From an uncultured Candidatus Saccharibacteria bacterium (GTDB lineage: Bacteria; Patescibacteriota; Minisyncoccia; Phycocordibacterales; UBA9973), in contig CAZWXV010000001.1 in the NCBI GenBank assembly GCA_964637995.1, forward strand, positions 41,186 through 77,788: a stretch of DNA of 36,603 nt, given 5' to 3'. The translations under genes and the position numbers were made by a program. Under the pieces are notes generated by a model that worked only from the letters and a program-made list of their open reading frames with translations, made no database searches and was not told where the DNA came from. Below, one piece after another: positions 1 through 7,933 of the stretch. Within the stretch, counting starts at the first letter, position 1; every line of letters begins with the position of its first letter.

Positions 1-24
1 TTCAGTTGTGTTTAAGGTTTTCAT
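1..24 (-). CDS. rpoC: DNA-directed RNA polymerase beta-prime subunit, first 8 codons only (runs off the window)
   Basis: An ATG at 24-22 (minus) lies 18 nt after the rpoB stop and reads MKTLNTTE up to the window edge. The call rests only on the conserved rpoB-rpoC gene order. Confidence 0.4.
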
Positions 25-42
25 ATATATGGATTCTTTAGA

Positions 43-3000
43 TTATTTCTCTACGCTGTCCTTGGACTTTTTCAAATCCACATCGAGCGCCAGGCCTCGC
101 AAATAATTGAGCAATACGTTAAAGGATGCCGGCGAATTGGGCGGCCGGATCGGCTCGTTCTTTATTATCGCGTCAAAGGTGGCCGAGCGACCCAGGATGT
201 CATCCGACTTGATGGTCAGCATTTCGCGGAGAGTATAGGCTGCGCCATAGCCTTCAAGCGCCCAGACTTCCATTTCTCCGAATCTCTGCCCTCCGCCCTG
301 AGCCTTTCCACCAAGCGGCTGCTGAGTGATGAGTGAGTATGGACCGATGGAGCGCATGTGTATCTTGTCCTCCACCATGTGATGGAGCTTTAGCATGTAC
401 ATATATCCTACGGCAACATCCTGTTTGAATTTATCCCCGGTGCGGCCGTCGAAAAGTTTAACCTTGCCGCTTTCCGGAATTCCCGCCTTTTTAAGCTCTT
501 CCATTATTTCTTCGTGCCGGGCACCCAAAAACGGCGGAACTATCGCCTGATAGCCCAGAACGTTTGCGGCCATACCCAAGTGCATTTCGAGTATCTGTCC
601 CAGGTTCATTCTGGAAGGCACACCCAAGGGTGACAGTATTATGTCTACCGGGGTGCCGTCTTCGGTATACGGCATATCTTCTTCCGGGAGAATGGTGGAG
701 ATGACTCCTTTGTTGCCGTGCCGGCCGGAGAGTTTATCGCCGACGGAAATATTGCGTATCTGGGCAACCTCAATAACTATTTTCTTTATGATGCCTGCTT
801 CAAGCGTGTGCCCCAAGTCTCGGGAAAAGATCTTGACTCCGATAATGCGTCCCCGCTTGCCATGTTCCATGCGGAGCGAAGTGTCTTTTACATCTCGGGC
901 TTTTTCCGCAAAGATGGAGCGCAAGAGCCGCTCTTCCGGAGTGAGTTCGGTTTCTCCTTTCGGAGTAATTTTGCCCACCAATATGTCGTTTTCCCGGACT
1001 TCCGCGCCAATGCGGACAACTCCGTCTTCGTCTAAATCTTTCAGTTTAAGTTCGCCGACGTTGGGTATGTCGCGGGTAGTTATTTCGGGACCGAGTTTGG
1101 TATCGCGGACCACGCAGGTAAATTCTTCCACATACACGCTGGTAAATTTGCTGTTCTTTACCAGGCGTTCGGAAACAATGATGGCATCTTCGTAGGTAGA
1201 ACCGGACCAGGACAGGAAGGCGACGAAAATATTCTGTCCGAGAGAGATTTGGCCGTTCACGGTGCTCGAGGTATCCGCGAGAACATCTCCTTTTTTCACT
1301 TTATCGCCGACATCTACCAGCGGACGCTGATGAAATACCGCAAAGTTGTTGTTGCGCAGGAAATTTACCAGAGTATATGTATGTTCTTTCTTGCCTTCCA
1401 CCACGATCTTTTTAGCATCCAAATATTTGACCACGCCGTCTTCTAGGGCAATAACCAGCCGGCCGGAATCGCGAGAAGCCAGTTCTTCCACTCCTGTGGC
1501 TACAAGCGGCATTTCGGGTAAAACGCAAGGCACTGCCTGTTTCTGCATGTTAGATCCCATAAGCGCCCGATTCGCATTGTTGTGCTCCAGGAACGGTATC
1601 ATTGAAGTCGCGATGGAAAATGCCTGGTTGGGCGCCACGTCTATGAAATCCACTTCGTCGCGCGAGACCATACCCGGTTCGGTCTTGATCCTGGCTTCTA
1701 CTTTTTCTTTAGTGATCTTGCCGTTCTCGTCATAAGGAATACCGGCATGGGCAATGTTGTACTGCTCTTCTTCCAGCGCATTGAGATATACTATCTCACC
1801 GGTAATTTTTCCGTTCTTAACTCTTACGTAGGGCGTTTCAATTATTCCGAAATCATTGATCTTGGCATAAGTGGAAAGGTGGAGGATAAGACCGATGTTC
1901 GGTCCTTCCGGAGTATGAATCGGGCAAACGCGGCCGTAGTGCGACGGATGCACGTCGCGCACCTCAAGTCCCGCTCGCTCGCGGGTGAGCCCTCCCGGCC
2001 CGAGAGCGGAAAGTGTGCGCAAGTGTTCTATCTCGTAGAGCACGTTTTCCTGCGCCATGAACTGGGAAAGCTGGTTGGTGGTGAAAAATTCCTTGATGCG
2101 CGCCTGGAGCGGGCGTTGATTGATTATTTGTATCGGCATAGCGGTATCCACATCGATGATGGACATGCGGTCCTGAATATTGCGTTTAATCTGCATCATG
2201 CCGGTCCGTATCTTCTGCTGGAGGATCTCGCCTACAAAACGCACGCGCCTCTGGCCCAAGTGGTCAATGTCGTCCGCCTCGGCATCGGGCGTGTTGTTTA
2301 GAGTTATTATATTTGAAATCACTGTGACCAAGTCTTCCTTGGAAATAACCCTGCGGGCCAGTTCGGTTTCGTCGGTAGGCTTATTAAAGCGCTGATTGAA
2401 CCGAAAACGGCCCACCGGCGAAAGATCATAACGCTCCGAGGTGAAAAGCGAATGAATGAATTCTTTGGCGTTCTCCGCGGTCGCCATATCCCCGTCGCGC
2501 AGGCGCTTATATATCTCGATATAAGAATCCACGGCGGCCTTGGAGCTTTCTTTGGCGAAAGAATTCTTGAGGGCGCCCTCCGCAAATTCATTTTTACTAA
2601 AGGCCTCTATTATAGCTTCGTCGGTTGCATAGCCCAACGCGCGCAAAAGCGCGGTGGCGGGAAATTTCCGTTTCTTGTCTATGCGTATATAAATGCCGCC
2701 ATCTGCTTCCGACTCAATCTCTATCCAGACCCCGCGGGCAGGTATTATCTTGGCACCGAAATACTTCTGCCCCTTGGTTTCGCTCTCGGTGAAAAACACG
2801 CCGAAAGACCGCGCCAGCTGGGGCACAATCACGCGCTCCACGCCGTTGATGATGAAGGTGCCGTGAGGCGTCATCAAGGGCAGCTCGGACATGAAAATCT
2901 CCTGCTCTTTGACGGTGCCCAGAATCTTGTTGGTGAGTTTGACGCGTGCCTTGATGAGCCCTTGGTAGGAGAGTTTGTTTACCTTGGAGTCATTTTCGCC

Positions 3001-3219
3001 GGTCTTGGAATCGGAGAGGGAGAAGGAAGTGAATTCGAGCACGAACTTTTTCCCGGAATAATCCGCTATGGGCGAGAATTCTTTGAAAATTTCCGCGATG
3101 CCTGTTTCCACCAGCCACTTGAAACTCTTCTGCTGGGACTCAATCAGGTTGGGAAACGGGGCGAGAGGTTTTTTGTATCTGCTAAAGTATTTCTTCGGAC
3201 GCGCTTTGTCTTTTTGCAT
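43..3219 (-). CDS. rpoB: DNA-directed RNA polymerase beta subunit
   Basis: 1058-aa ORF with RpoB signature blocks GSNMQKQAVP, GRHGNKGV and GGQRFGEMEVWALEGYGAAYTLREMLT. Confidence 0.98.
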   Translation of the reverse strand: MQKDKARPKKYFSRYKKPLAPFPNLIESQQKSFKWLVETGIAEIFKEFSPIADYSGKKFVLEFTSFSLSDSKTGENDSKVNKLSYQGLIKARVKLTNKILGTVKEQEIFMSELPLMTPHGTFIINGVERVIVPQLARSFGVFFTESETKGQKYFGAKIIPARGVWIEIESEADGGIYIRIDKKRKFPATALLRALGYATDEAIIEAFSKNEFAEGALKNSFAKESSKAAVDSYIEIYKRLRDGDMATAENAKEFIHSLFTSERYDLSPVGRFRFNQRFNKPTDETELARRVISKEDLVTVISNIITLNNTPDAEADDIDHLGQRRVRFVGEILQQKIRTGMMQIKRNIQDRMSIIDVDTAMPIQIINQRPLQARIKEFFTTNQLSQFMAQENVLYEIEHLRTLSALGPGGLTRERAGLEVRDVHPSHYGRVCPIHTPEGPNIGLILHLSTYAKINDFGIIETPYVRVKNGKITGEIVYLNALEEEQYNIAHAGIPYDENGKITKEKVEARIKTEPGMVSRDEVDFIDVAPNQAFSIATSMIPFLEHNNANRALMGSNMQKQAVPCVLPEMPLVATGVEELASRDSGRLVIALEDGVVKYLDAKKIVVEGKKEHTYTLVNFLRNNNFAVFHQRPLVDVGDKVKKGDVLADTSSTVNGQISLGQNIFVAFLSWSGSTYEDAIIVSERLVKNSKFTSVYVEEFTCVVRDTKLGPEITTRDIPNVGELKLKDLDEDGVVRIGAEVRENDILVGKITPKGETELTPEERLLRSIFAEKARDVKDTSLRMEHGKRGRIIGVKIFSRDLGHTLEAGIIKKIVIEVAQIRNISVGDKLSGRHGNKGVISTILPEEDMPYTEDGTPVDIILSPLGVPSRMNLGQILEMHLGMAANVLGYQAIVPPFLGARHEEIMEELKKAGIPESGKVKLFDGRTGDKFKQDVAVGYMYMLKLHHMVEDKIHMRSIGPYSLITQQPLGGKAQGGGQRFGEMEVWALEGYGAAYTLREMLTIKSDDILGRSATFDAIIKNEPIRPPNSPASFNVLLNYLRGLALDVDLKKSKDSVEK

Positions 3220-3445
3220 ATGGCATTAACCCGAAAAAAGCGCAAAAAATAAAAGAAAAACAGCGAAAAAATGCTTTTCCCTTATTTCTTAAAACACTCT
3301 TCCTCGGATAACATTAATTATGCTTATTTTATAAGCTTTTAATAAAGAGATTGCATCCGATACTCAATCAGTGAATCTCAAACAGCCTACTCTATTTGCG
3401 CTCTATTGTCAAACTTTATCTGGGGATTATTGTTTTAACGGCCAA

Positions 3446-4408
3446 TTAATCTCCGGCTCCGACATACACCCATTCCCCGTCTTCTGTAATTATAATTCTG
3501 AGCTGGGAAAGATCTCCCCGATCTATGGGCCAAGTATAACGTGCCTCGATGGCAGAATGAGGGCCTGAGGCGGGTATGTAAGGTGAAAATTCAAAAGGCA
3601 TCTGGAGAACCGAAATAATATCCGGATTATTCGCTTCAAAAAATTCACGGTCTCCTCCATGGAAATCTACTACTAATTTATCGTAATCTTTCGAGATTGC
3701 GGCTTGATAAATAGCTTGGCGTTTGGCTTCTACTAAAGGCGGAAGGCCTGCTTGAGCAGGAAGAGAAGGTTTCCAGTGATAATCTCCGGACAATAAAACT
3801 GATTTGTTGTCGATATCTAAAGTGTAATAATAAGAATCACCTTCGGTTCCATCTGTGGCCCTAGCGGATATCCGTGCAGTGTGATTTGGTACTATCCATT
3901 CTAAATCGTATGACAAGGGTGGAGTTTTTACTGCAACCTTATCGTACGTCTCTGACTTTATATCCCAAATTACTATTGATCTCAAATCTGGCGGACAATC
4001 ATAAGGCGGGTTAAACCCGCATTCTGAAAATGGAAAGGACCCGACAAAACCCAAAACCCTTTGCGAATCAGAAAACCAGACAAGGGCTCGGTCATATAAC
4101 GATTTTGAAAACACCGTGGTTTTGCCTGTTGCCACGTCAATTAACTTCAAACCATCGTCACTGGCATAAATAATCCATTTATTATCTGGAGAAGGATTGC
4201 AGGGGTAGGCACCCGGTATGCGAGCTATTGCTTCGCAGTGTGCTTCTATGGAAACTGGAGCCGAAGGATTTGGATTCTCAACAGGTGTAACTTTCGAAGT
4301 ATCTGCAATCTTCTCAACCTCCGCTTTTTGACTATCAAAATATTTTAAACCTAGAAACACAAAAACAAGAGCGGTAAGAAGGCTGATTATTAACCTTGTC
4401 TTTTTCAT
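3446..4408 (-). CDS. Hypothetical secreted or membrane-anchored protein, possibly beta-propeller-like
   Basis: 320-aa ORF with an N-terminal hydrophobic helix (LIISLLTALVFVFLGL). Strand-rich segments such as WIIYASDDGLKLIDVATGKTTVF resemble TolB-type blades. I recognised no catalytic motif. Confidence 0.6.
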   Translation of the reverse strand: MKKTRLIISLLTALVFVFLGLKYFDSQKAEVEKIADTSKVTPVENPNPSAPVSIEAHCEAIARIPGAYPCNPSPDNKWIIYASDDGLKLIDVATGKTTVFSKSLYDRALVWFSDSQRVLGFVGSFPFSECGFNPPYDCPPDLRSIVIWDIKSETYDKVAVKTPPLSYDLEWIVPNHTARISARATDGTEGDSYYYTLDIDNKSVLLSGDYHWKPSLPAQAGLPPLVEAKRQAIYQAAISKDYDKLVVDFHGGDREFFEANNPDIISVLQMPFEFSPYIPASGPHSAIEARYTWPIDRGDLSQLRIIITEDGEWVYVGAGD

Positions 4409-4416
4409 ATGGGCTT

Positions 4417-4422
4417 ATTATA
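4417..4422 (-). promoter_or_regulatory. -10 box TATAAT, 8 nt upstream of the ATG at 4408 (leaderless-type)
   Basis: The minus strand reads GAGGTATAAT-aagcccat-ATG. The box lies in the last codons of trmD. Confidence 0.35.
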
Positions 4423-5062
4423 CCTCGTTATTTCTCTTTTTCCACTCATCTATCAATTTATGATGGCCGGATAGAAGAACTGTTGGAACTTTGTAATTTT
4501 TACCTTTGTGTTTTAAAACTTCGGGGCGGGTGTATACCTCGCTTGAAGACACGCGTTCTTCTTCGAGCGATTCATATTTTCCCAAAATTCCCGGCACCTG
4601 TCGGGAAATGGAGTCGATAAGTATCATGGCTGGCAACTCGCCGCCGGTCAGCACGTAGTCCCCTATTGAAATTTCCTCAGCTTTCAGTATTTTTTGCACC
4701 CGGGCGTCTATGCCTTCATACCGGCCGGAAATTAAAATTATATCCGTGTATTTTTTTGCTGAGTTTTTAGCATATTGGGTAGTAAACTTTTTGCCACTTG
4801 GGGAAAATAAAATTATTTTAGTTTTCTTTCTGTCTTTTATTTTTATTTTTGAAAATGCTTTAAGGAAAAATTCCGGCCGGAGCACCATGCCGGGCCCTCC
4901 CCCGTAGGGCCTGCCGTCCACCCGTTCTTTGGGTTTGCAGAAACTCATCGGGTTATAAAATTTTATGGCAATCTTCTTGTCCTGTATGGCTCGCCCAATA
5001 ATAGACTCTTTCAAATAAGAGCCGAACATTTCCGGAAAAATTGTAATGATATGAAAACGCAT
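4418..5062 (-). CDS. trmD: tRNA (guanine37-N1)-methyltransferase
   Basis: The ORF-track start at 5080 is TTG. The ATG at 5062 gives MRFHIITIFPEMF, the canonical TrmD N-terminus. Motifs GGGPGMVL, ISGRYEGIDARV and GDYVLTGGELPAM are present. Confidence 0.95.
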   Translation of the reverse strand: MRFHIITIFPEMFGSYLKESIIGRAIQDKKIAIKFYNPMSFCKPKERVDGRPYGGGPGMVLRPEFFLKAFSKIKIKDRKKTKIILFSPSGKKFTTQYAKNSAKKYTDIILISGRYEGIDARVQKILKAEEISIGDYVLTGGELPAMILIDSISRQVPGILGKYESLEEERVSSSEVYTRPEVLKHKGKNYKVPTVLLSGHHKLIDEWKKRNNEV

Positions 5063-5068
5063 GTGCTT

Positions 5069-5077
5069 AATATAGCA
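5069..5077 (-). promoter_or_regulatory. Extended -10 TGCTATATT, 6 nt upstream of the trmD ATG
   Basis: The minus strand reads TGCTATATT-aagcac-ATG, immediately after the terminator at 5084-5110. Confidence 0.5.
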
Positions 5078-5083
5078 CAAAAT

Positions 5084-5110
5084 AAAAAAGCCCCGTAACG
5101 GGGCTTTTTT
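5084..5110. terminator. Bidirectional intrinsic terminator between the KH gene and trmD
   Basis: AAAAAA-GCCCCG-TAA-CGGGGC-TTTTTTATTTTTT. A GC stem is flanked by an A-run and a T-run. Confidence 0.7.
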
Positions 5111-5115
5111 ATTTT

Positions 5116-5460
5116 TTATATTCCTTTCAGGTCTTCCATTGCCTGGTCGACTGTCTTGAGGGTAGGCCCCTGAGACATACCGCCCGCCATATGACCCCCT
5201 TCTCTCATGCCTCCGGCCGGCTCGTTTATCTTCAGGTTTACGCGGGCATTATTCTTCATGCCGATGATGCGAAGGAGCGTCCGTATTGCCTTGGCAGTGT
5301 TGCCCATGCGGCCTATAATTTTCCCCATGTCGGCAGGATTTACCGTTAGCGTTATCAAAACGCCCATCTCGTCCACTGTCCGCTCGATTTTTACATCGTT
5401 CGGATTGTCAACGAGGGCTTTGACTACGTATTCCAGAAATACCTTGTCTGCTTCTTCCAT
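5116..5460 (-). CDS. KH-domain RNA-binding protein (YlqC/UPF0109 family) with a Gly/Met-rich C-terminal tail
   Basis: VVKALVDNPNDVKIE...VNPADMGKIIGRMGNTAKAIRTLL matches the KH GxxG core. The position directly after rpsP matches the rpsP-ylqC order seen in many bacteria. Confidence 0.85.
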   Translation of the reverse strand: MEEADKVFLEYVVKALVDNPNDVKIERTVDEMGVLITLTVNPADMGKIIGRMGNTAKAIRTLLRIIGMKNNARVNLKINEPAGGMREGGHMAGGMSQGPTLKTVDQAMEDLKGI

Positions 5461-5557
5461 GGTGTACAGAATTTTAAATTTTTAATGTAAATTTGCAGTA
5501 TTACGACCCCAGACTGCTATGCAGTAATTGTATCAAAAACCGGAATGGGTTGGCAAA

Positions 5558-5875
5558 TTATTTAGCAGCTTTGAGTTCTTTGCGCTTGACTGTAGGCTTT
5601 TTCTTGGGCAATACGTTCACTTTTTTTCCGGAGATGGTCTTGTCGTGCACCAGAAAGTTGTGCATGGTGTCGGACGGTTTGGCCCCTTGGCTTATCCAAT
5701 ATTTTATTCTTTCGGTGTTGAGCATCCTCTTGGCTCCCTCTTTGCCCCGAGGATTATAAGTGCCTAATATTTCCAAAAATCTTCCGCTTTTAGTGCTGTT
5801 CTTGGAGTCGGTCAGAACGGCCCGAAAGGATGGGTCGTTTTTCCTGCCAATTCTCTGGAATCTTATTTTTAACAT
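5558..5875 (-). CDS. rpsP: 30S ribosomal protein S16
   Basis: MLKIRFQRIGRKNDPSFRAVLTDS...GTYNPR is the canonical bS16 N-terminus. Confidence 0.97.
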   Translation of the reverse strand: MLKIRFQRIGRKNDPSFRAVLTDSKNSTKSGRFLEILGTYNPRGKEGAKRMLNTERIKYWISQGAKPSDTMHNFLVHDKTISGKKVNVLPKKKPTVKRKELKAAK

Positions 5876-5882
5876 ACGAGAA

Positions 5883-5910
5883 AGTCTAGCATAAAAGCTA
5901 AAAATTGCAA
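5883..5910 (-). promoter_or_regulatory. rpsP promoter: TTGCAA, 16 nt, TGC-TAGACT, then 7 nt to the ATG
   Basis: The -35 TTGCAA is at 5910-5905 and is palindromic. The extended -10 TGCTAGACT is at 5891-5883. The sequence ttctcgt then precedes the ATG at 5875. Confidence 0.55.
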
Positions 5911-5926
5911 CGTATCGGGGTTTTTA

Positions 5927-5935
5927 TGCTATATT
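5927..5935 (+). promoter_or_regulatory. Extended -10 TGCTATATT, 9 nt upstream of the rnr ATG
   Basis: TGCTATATT-tagctaaat-ATG(5945). It is divergent from the rpsP promoter. Confidence 0.5.
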
Positions 5936-5944
5936 TAGCTAAAT

Positions 5945-7915
5945 ATGAAGAATAGCAGGCACGACGGCAGGAGAAAGCACGACAGGAACCAGAAACCCCA
6001 AAGCGCCAACAAATTGTTGGGCACTATTTCTATTACTTCCAAAGGCACCGGTTACGTCCGGGTTTTGGACCGCAAAGAAGACGTTGAGATAGACTTCAAG
6101 CACCTTAAGACCGCTCTGCAGGGCGACACGGTGGAGATAGTCCTCCACCCCAAAAAGGGCGGTCGGGACACGGGCGAGGTTGCCGGCATCGTTGCCCGCG
6201 CTAAGATGCGTTTCGCCGGCGTGCTTGAGGAAGAAAATAAATTATTTTTTCTCAAGCCCGACGACACGAAAATGTATGTAGATATCCTGATTCCGCCCGC
6301 GACGCTCGCGGGCGCCAAGACGGGACAAAAGGTTCTGGCTGAGATAGTTTCCTGGTCCGACCCTCGCAAAGCGCCGGAAGGCAAGGTAATTAAAATTCTG
6401 GGCATGCCAGGCGACAACGACACCGAGATGCATGCCATCGCCATGGAGAAGGGCTTCGACTCGGAACTCCCGAGCAAGGTGGAAAACGAAGCGCGAAAAA
6501 TAAAAGAGGCGGGCATACAGGAATCGGACTACCAAGGCAGGCGGGATATGCGTAAAGTACTTACTTTCACCATTGACCCCAAAGACGCCAAGGATTTCGA
6601 CGACGCGCTCTCCTTCAGGCTTTCCAAGGAGGGTTTGTATGAATTAGGCATCCATATCGCGGATGTATCGCATTACGTCCGTCCCGGGAGCCTATTGGAC
6701 GAAGAAGCGCGCGGACGCGGAACTTCCGTCTATCTGGTGGACCGGACCATACCCATGCTGCCGGAAGTATTGTCCAACGACTTGTGCTCTCTTGTTCCCA
6801 ATAAGGACCGCCTCTGCATGAGCGCCATATTTATTTTGAATAAAAACGCGGAGGTAAAAGACCAGTGGTTCGGCCGCACAGTCATACATTCGCAAAAAAG
6901 ATTTACTTACGAGGAGGCGGAAAAATCCATCAAGGAATCTTCCGCCCCGCTGCACAAAGAACTTGCGCTCTTAAACGACCTGGCAAAGAAACTCACACAT
7001 GAACGATTCGCCCGCGGAGCGATATCTTTGGATCAGGAGGAGGTCCGTTTCGTGCTGGCACCGGACGGCACACCCCTGAAAGTGGAAATAAAACAGCGGG
7101 GAGATTCCAATCGCCTCATAGAAGAATTCATGCTCTTGGCCAACAAGAAAGTGGCAGAAACACTTTCCACCACCAAGAAAAAGGGTGTGCCGGATAATAT
7201 TTCCATCTACCGCGTGCATGACCTGCCCAGTAAGGAAAAAATGGCGGATCTGGCGGTATTTTTGAGAAGTCTGGGACTAAAAGCTCCTTTGGTGGACGGC
7301 ATCATTCCGAGCCATGAATTAAATAAACTCTTGAAGAATCTGTCCGGAAAAGATACCATGGCAGATACCGTGCACCGGGCGGTCATCCGCTCCATGGCCA
7401 AAGCCGTTTACTCCACCAAAAACATCGGGCATTACGGACTAGCATTCGAGTACTATACCCATTTCACCTCCCCCATCCGGCGTTATCCGGACATACTGGT
7501 CCATAGACTCTTGGATAACCACCTGGCCGGCAGAAAAATTCCCGCGGACAAACTGTTGGAATATGAAAAAATGTCCCTGGTCGCAAGCGAGCAGGAGAAG
7601 CGCGCCTCCGACGCTGAACGCGCTTCCATAAAATACAAGCAAGTGGAATACATGTCCTACCGCCGGGGCGAATATTTCGACGGCATCGTCAGCGGCATTA
7701 CCGAATGGGGAATGTATGTGGAAGAAGTACACACAAAATGTGAAGGCTTGGTGCGGGTACGGGATATGAATGACGATTTTTATGTTTTTGATGAAAAAAG
7801 ACTTTCATTTTCCGGCCAAAAGACCAAAAACTCTTACCGCTTGGGCGACCGTGTTAGAATAAAGGTCAAGGAGGCGGATTTGGAGCGAAAAACAATAGAT
7901 TACATTTTAGCTTGA
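5945..7915 (+). CDS. rnr: Ribonuclease R (RNB-family 3'-5' exoribonuclease with a C-terminal S1 domain)
   Basis: The RNB motifs DAKDFDDALS and HYGLAFEYYTHFTSPIRRYPDILVHR are present. The C-terminus has an S1-like segment, GIVSGITEWGMYVEE...GLVRVRDM. Confidence 0.93.
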   Translation: MKNSRHDGRRKHDRNQKPQSANKLLGTISITSKGTGYVRVLDRKEDVEIDFKHLKTALQGDTVEIVLHPKKGGRDTGEVAGIVARAKMRFAGVLEEENKLFFLKPDDTKMYVDILIPPATLAGAKTGQKVLAEIVSWSDPRKAPEGKVIKILGMPGDNDTEMHAIAMEKGFDSELPSKVENEARKIKEAGIQESDYQGRRDMRKVLTFTIDPKDAKDFDDALSFRLSKEGLYELGIHIADVSHYVRPGSLLDEEARGRGTSVYLVDRTIPMLPEVLSNDLCSLVPNKDRLCMSAIFILNKNAEVKDQWFGRTVIHSQKRFTYEEAEKSIKESSAPLHKELALLNDLAKKLTHERFARGAISLDQEEVRFVLAPDGTPLKVEIKQRGDSNRLIEEFMLLANKKVAETLSTTKKKGVPDNISIYRVHDLPSKEKMADLAVFLRSLGLKAPLVDGIIPSHELNKLLKNLSGKDTMADTVHRAVIRSMAKAVYSTKNIGHYGLAFEYYTHFTSPIRRYPDILVHRLLDNHLAGRKIPADKLLEYEKMSLVASEQEKRASDAERASIKYKQVEYMSYRRGEYFDGIVSGITEWGMYVEEVHTKCEGLVRVRDMNDDFYVFDEKRLSFSGQKTKNSYRLGDRVRIKVKEADLERKTIDYILA

Positions 7916-7933
7916 ATTTGACGGAAAATTTAC

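Noticed and set aside
2611-2620. AGCTATAAT inside rpoB (minus strand), and TGCTATAAC inside the XRE remnant (about 31421-31429, minus).
   Set aside because: Each lacks one invariant position of the motif, either the T of TG or the final T of the -10. Both sit inside coding or remnant sequence with no downstream start, so they are likely chance matches.
2452-3252. Long antisense ORFs in the track. Examples are 2452..3252 (+) opposite rpoB, 17508..18548 (+) opposite gyrB, 33138..34184 (+) opposite ligA, and 10773..11435 (+) opposite smc.
   Set aside because: They lie entirely opposite strongly conserved genes and have low-complexity or Arg/Ser/Leu-rich translations with no recognisable motifs. 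These are typical shadow ORFs.
3220-3445. Possible rpoB promoter (TTGACA, 17 nt, TAGGCT on the minus strand at about 3375-3410) and a long A-rich leader. rplJ and rplL are also absent upstream of rpoB.
   Set aside because: The -10 is poor and differs from the TGCTAnAnT pattern seen elsewhere. There is no small ORF or structure in the 226-nt gap. I left it unannotated.
5063-5080. Upstream TTG start for trmD (MCYIKH...) and, likewise, the MVFCCRIKN extension of pheS (22188-22214).
   Set aside because: The canonical N-termini begin at the internal ATGs. The extensions would also cover the -10 promoter elements.
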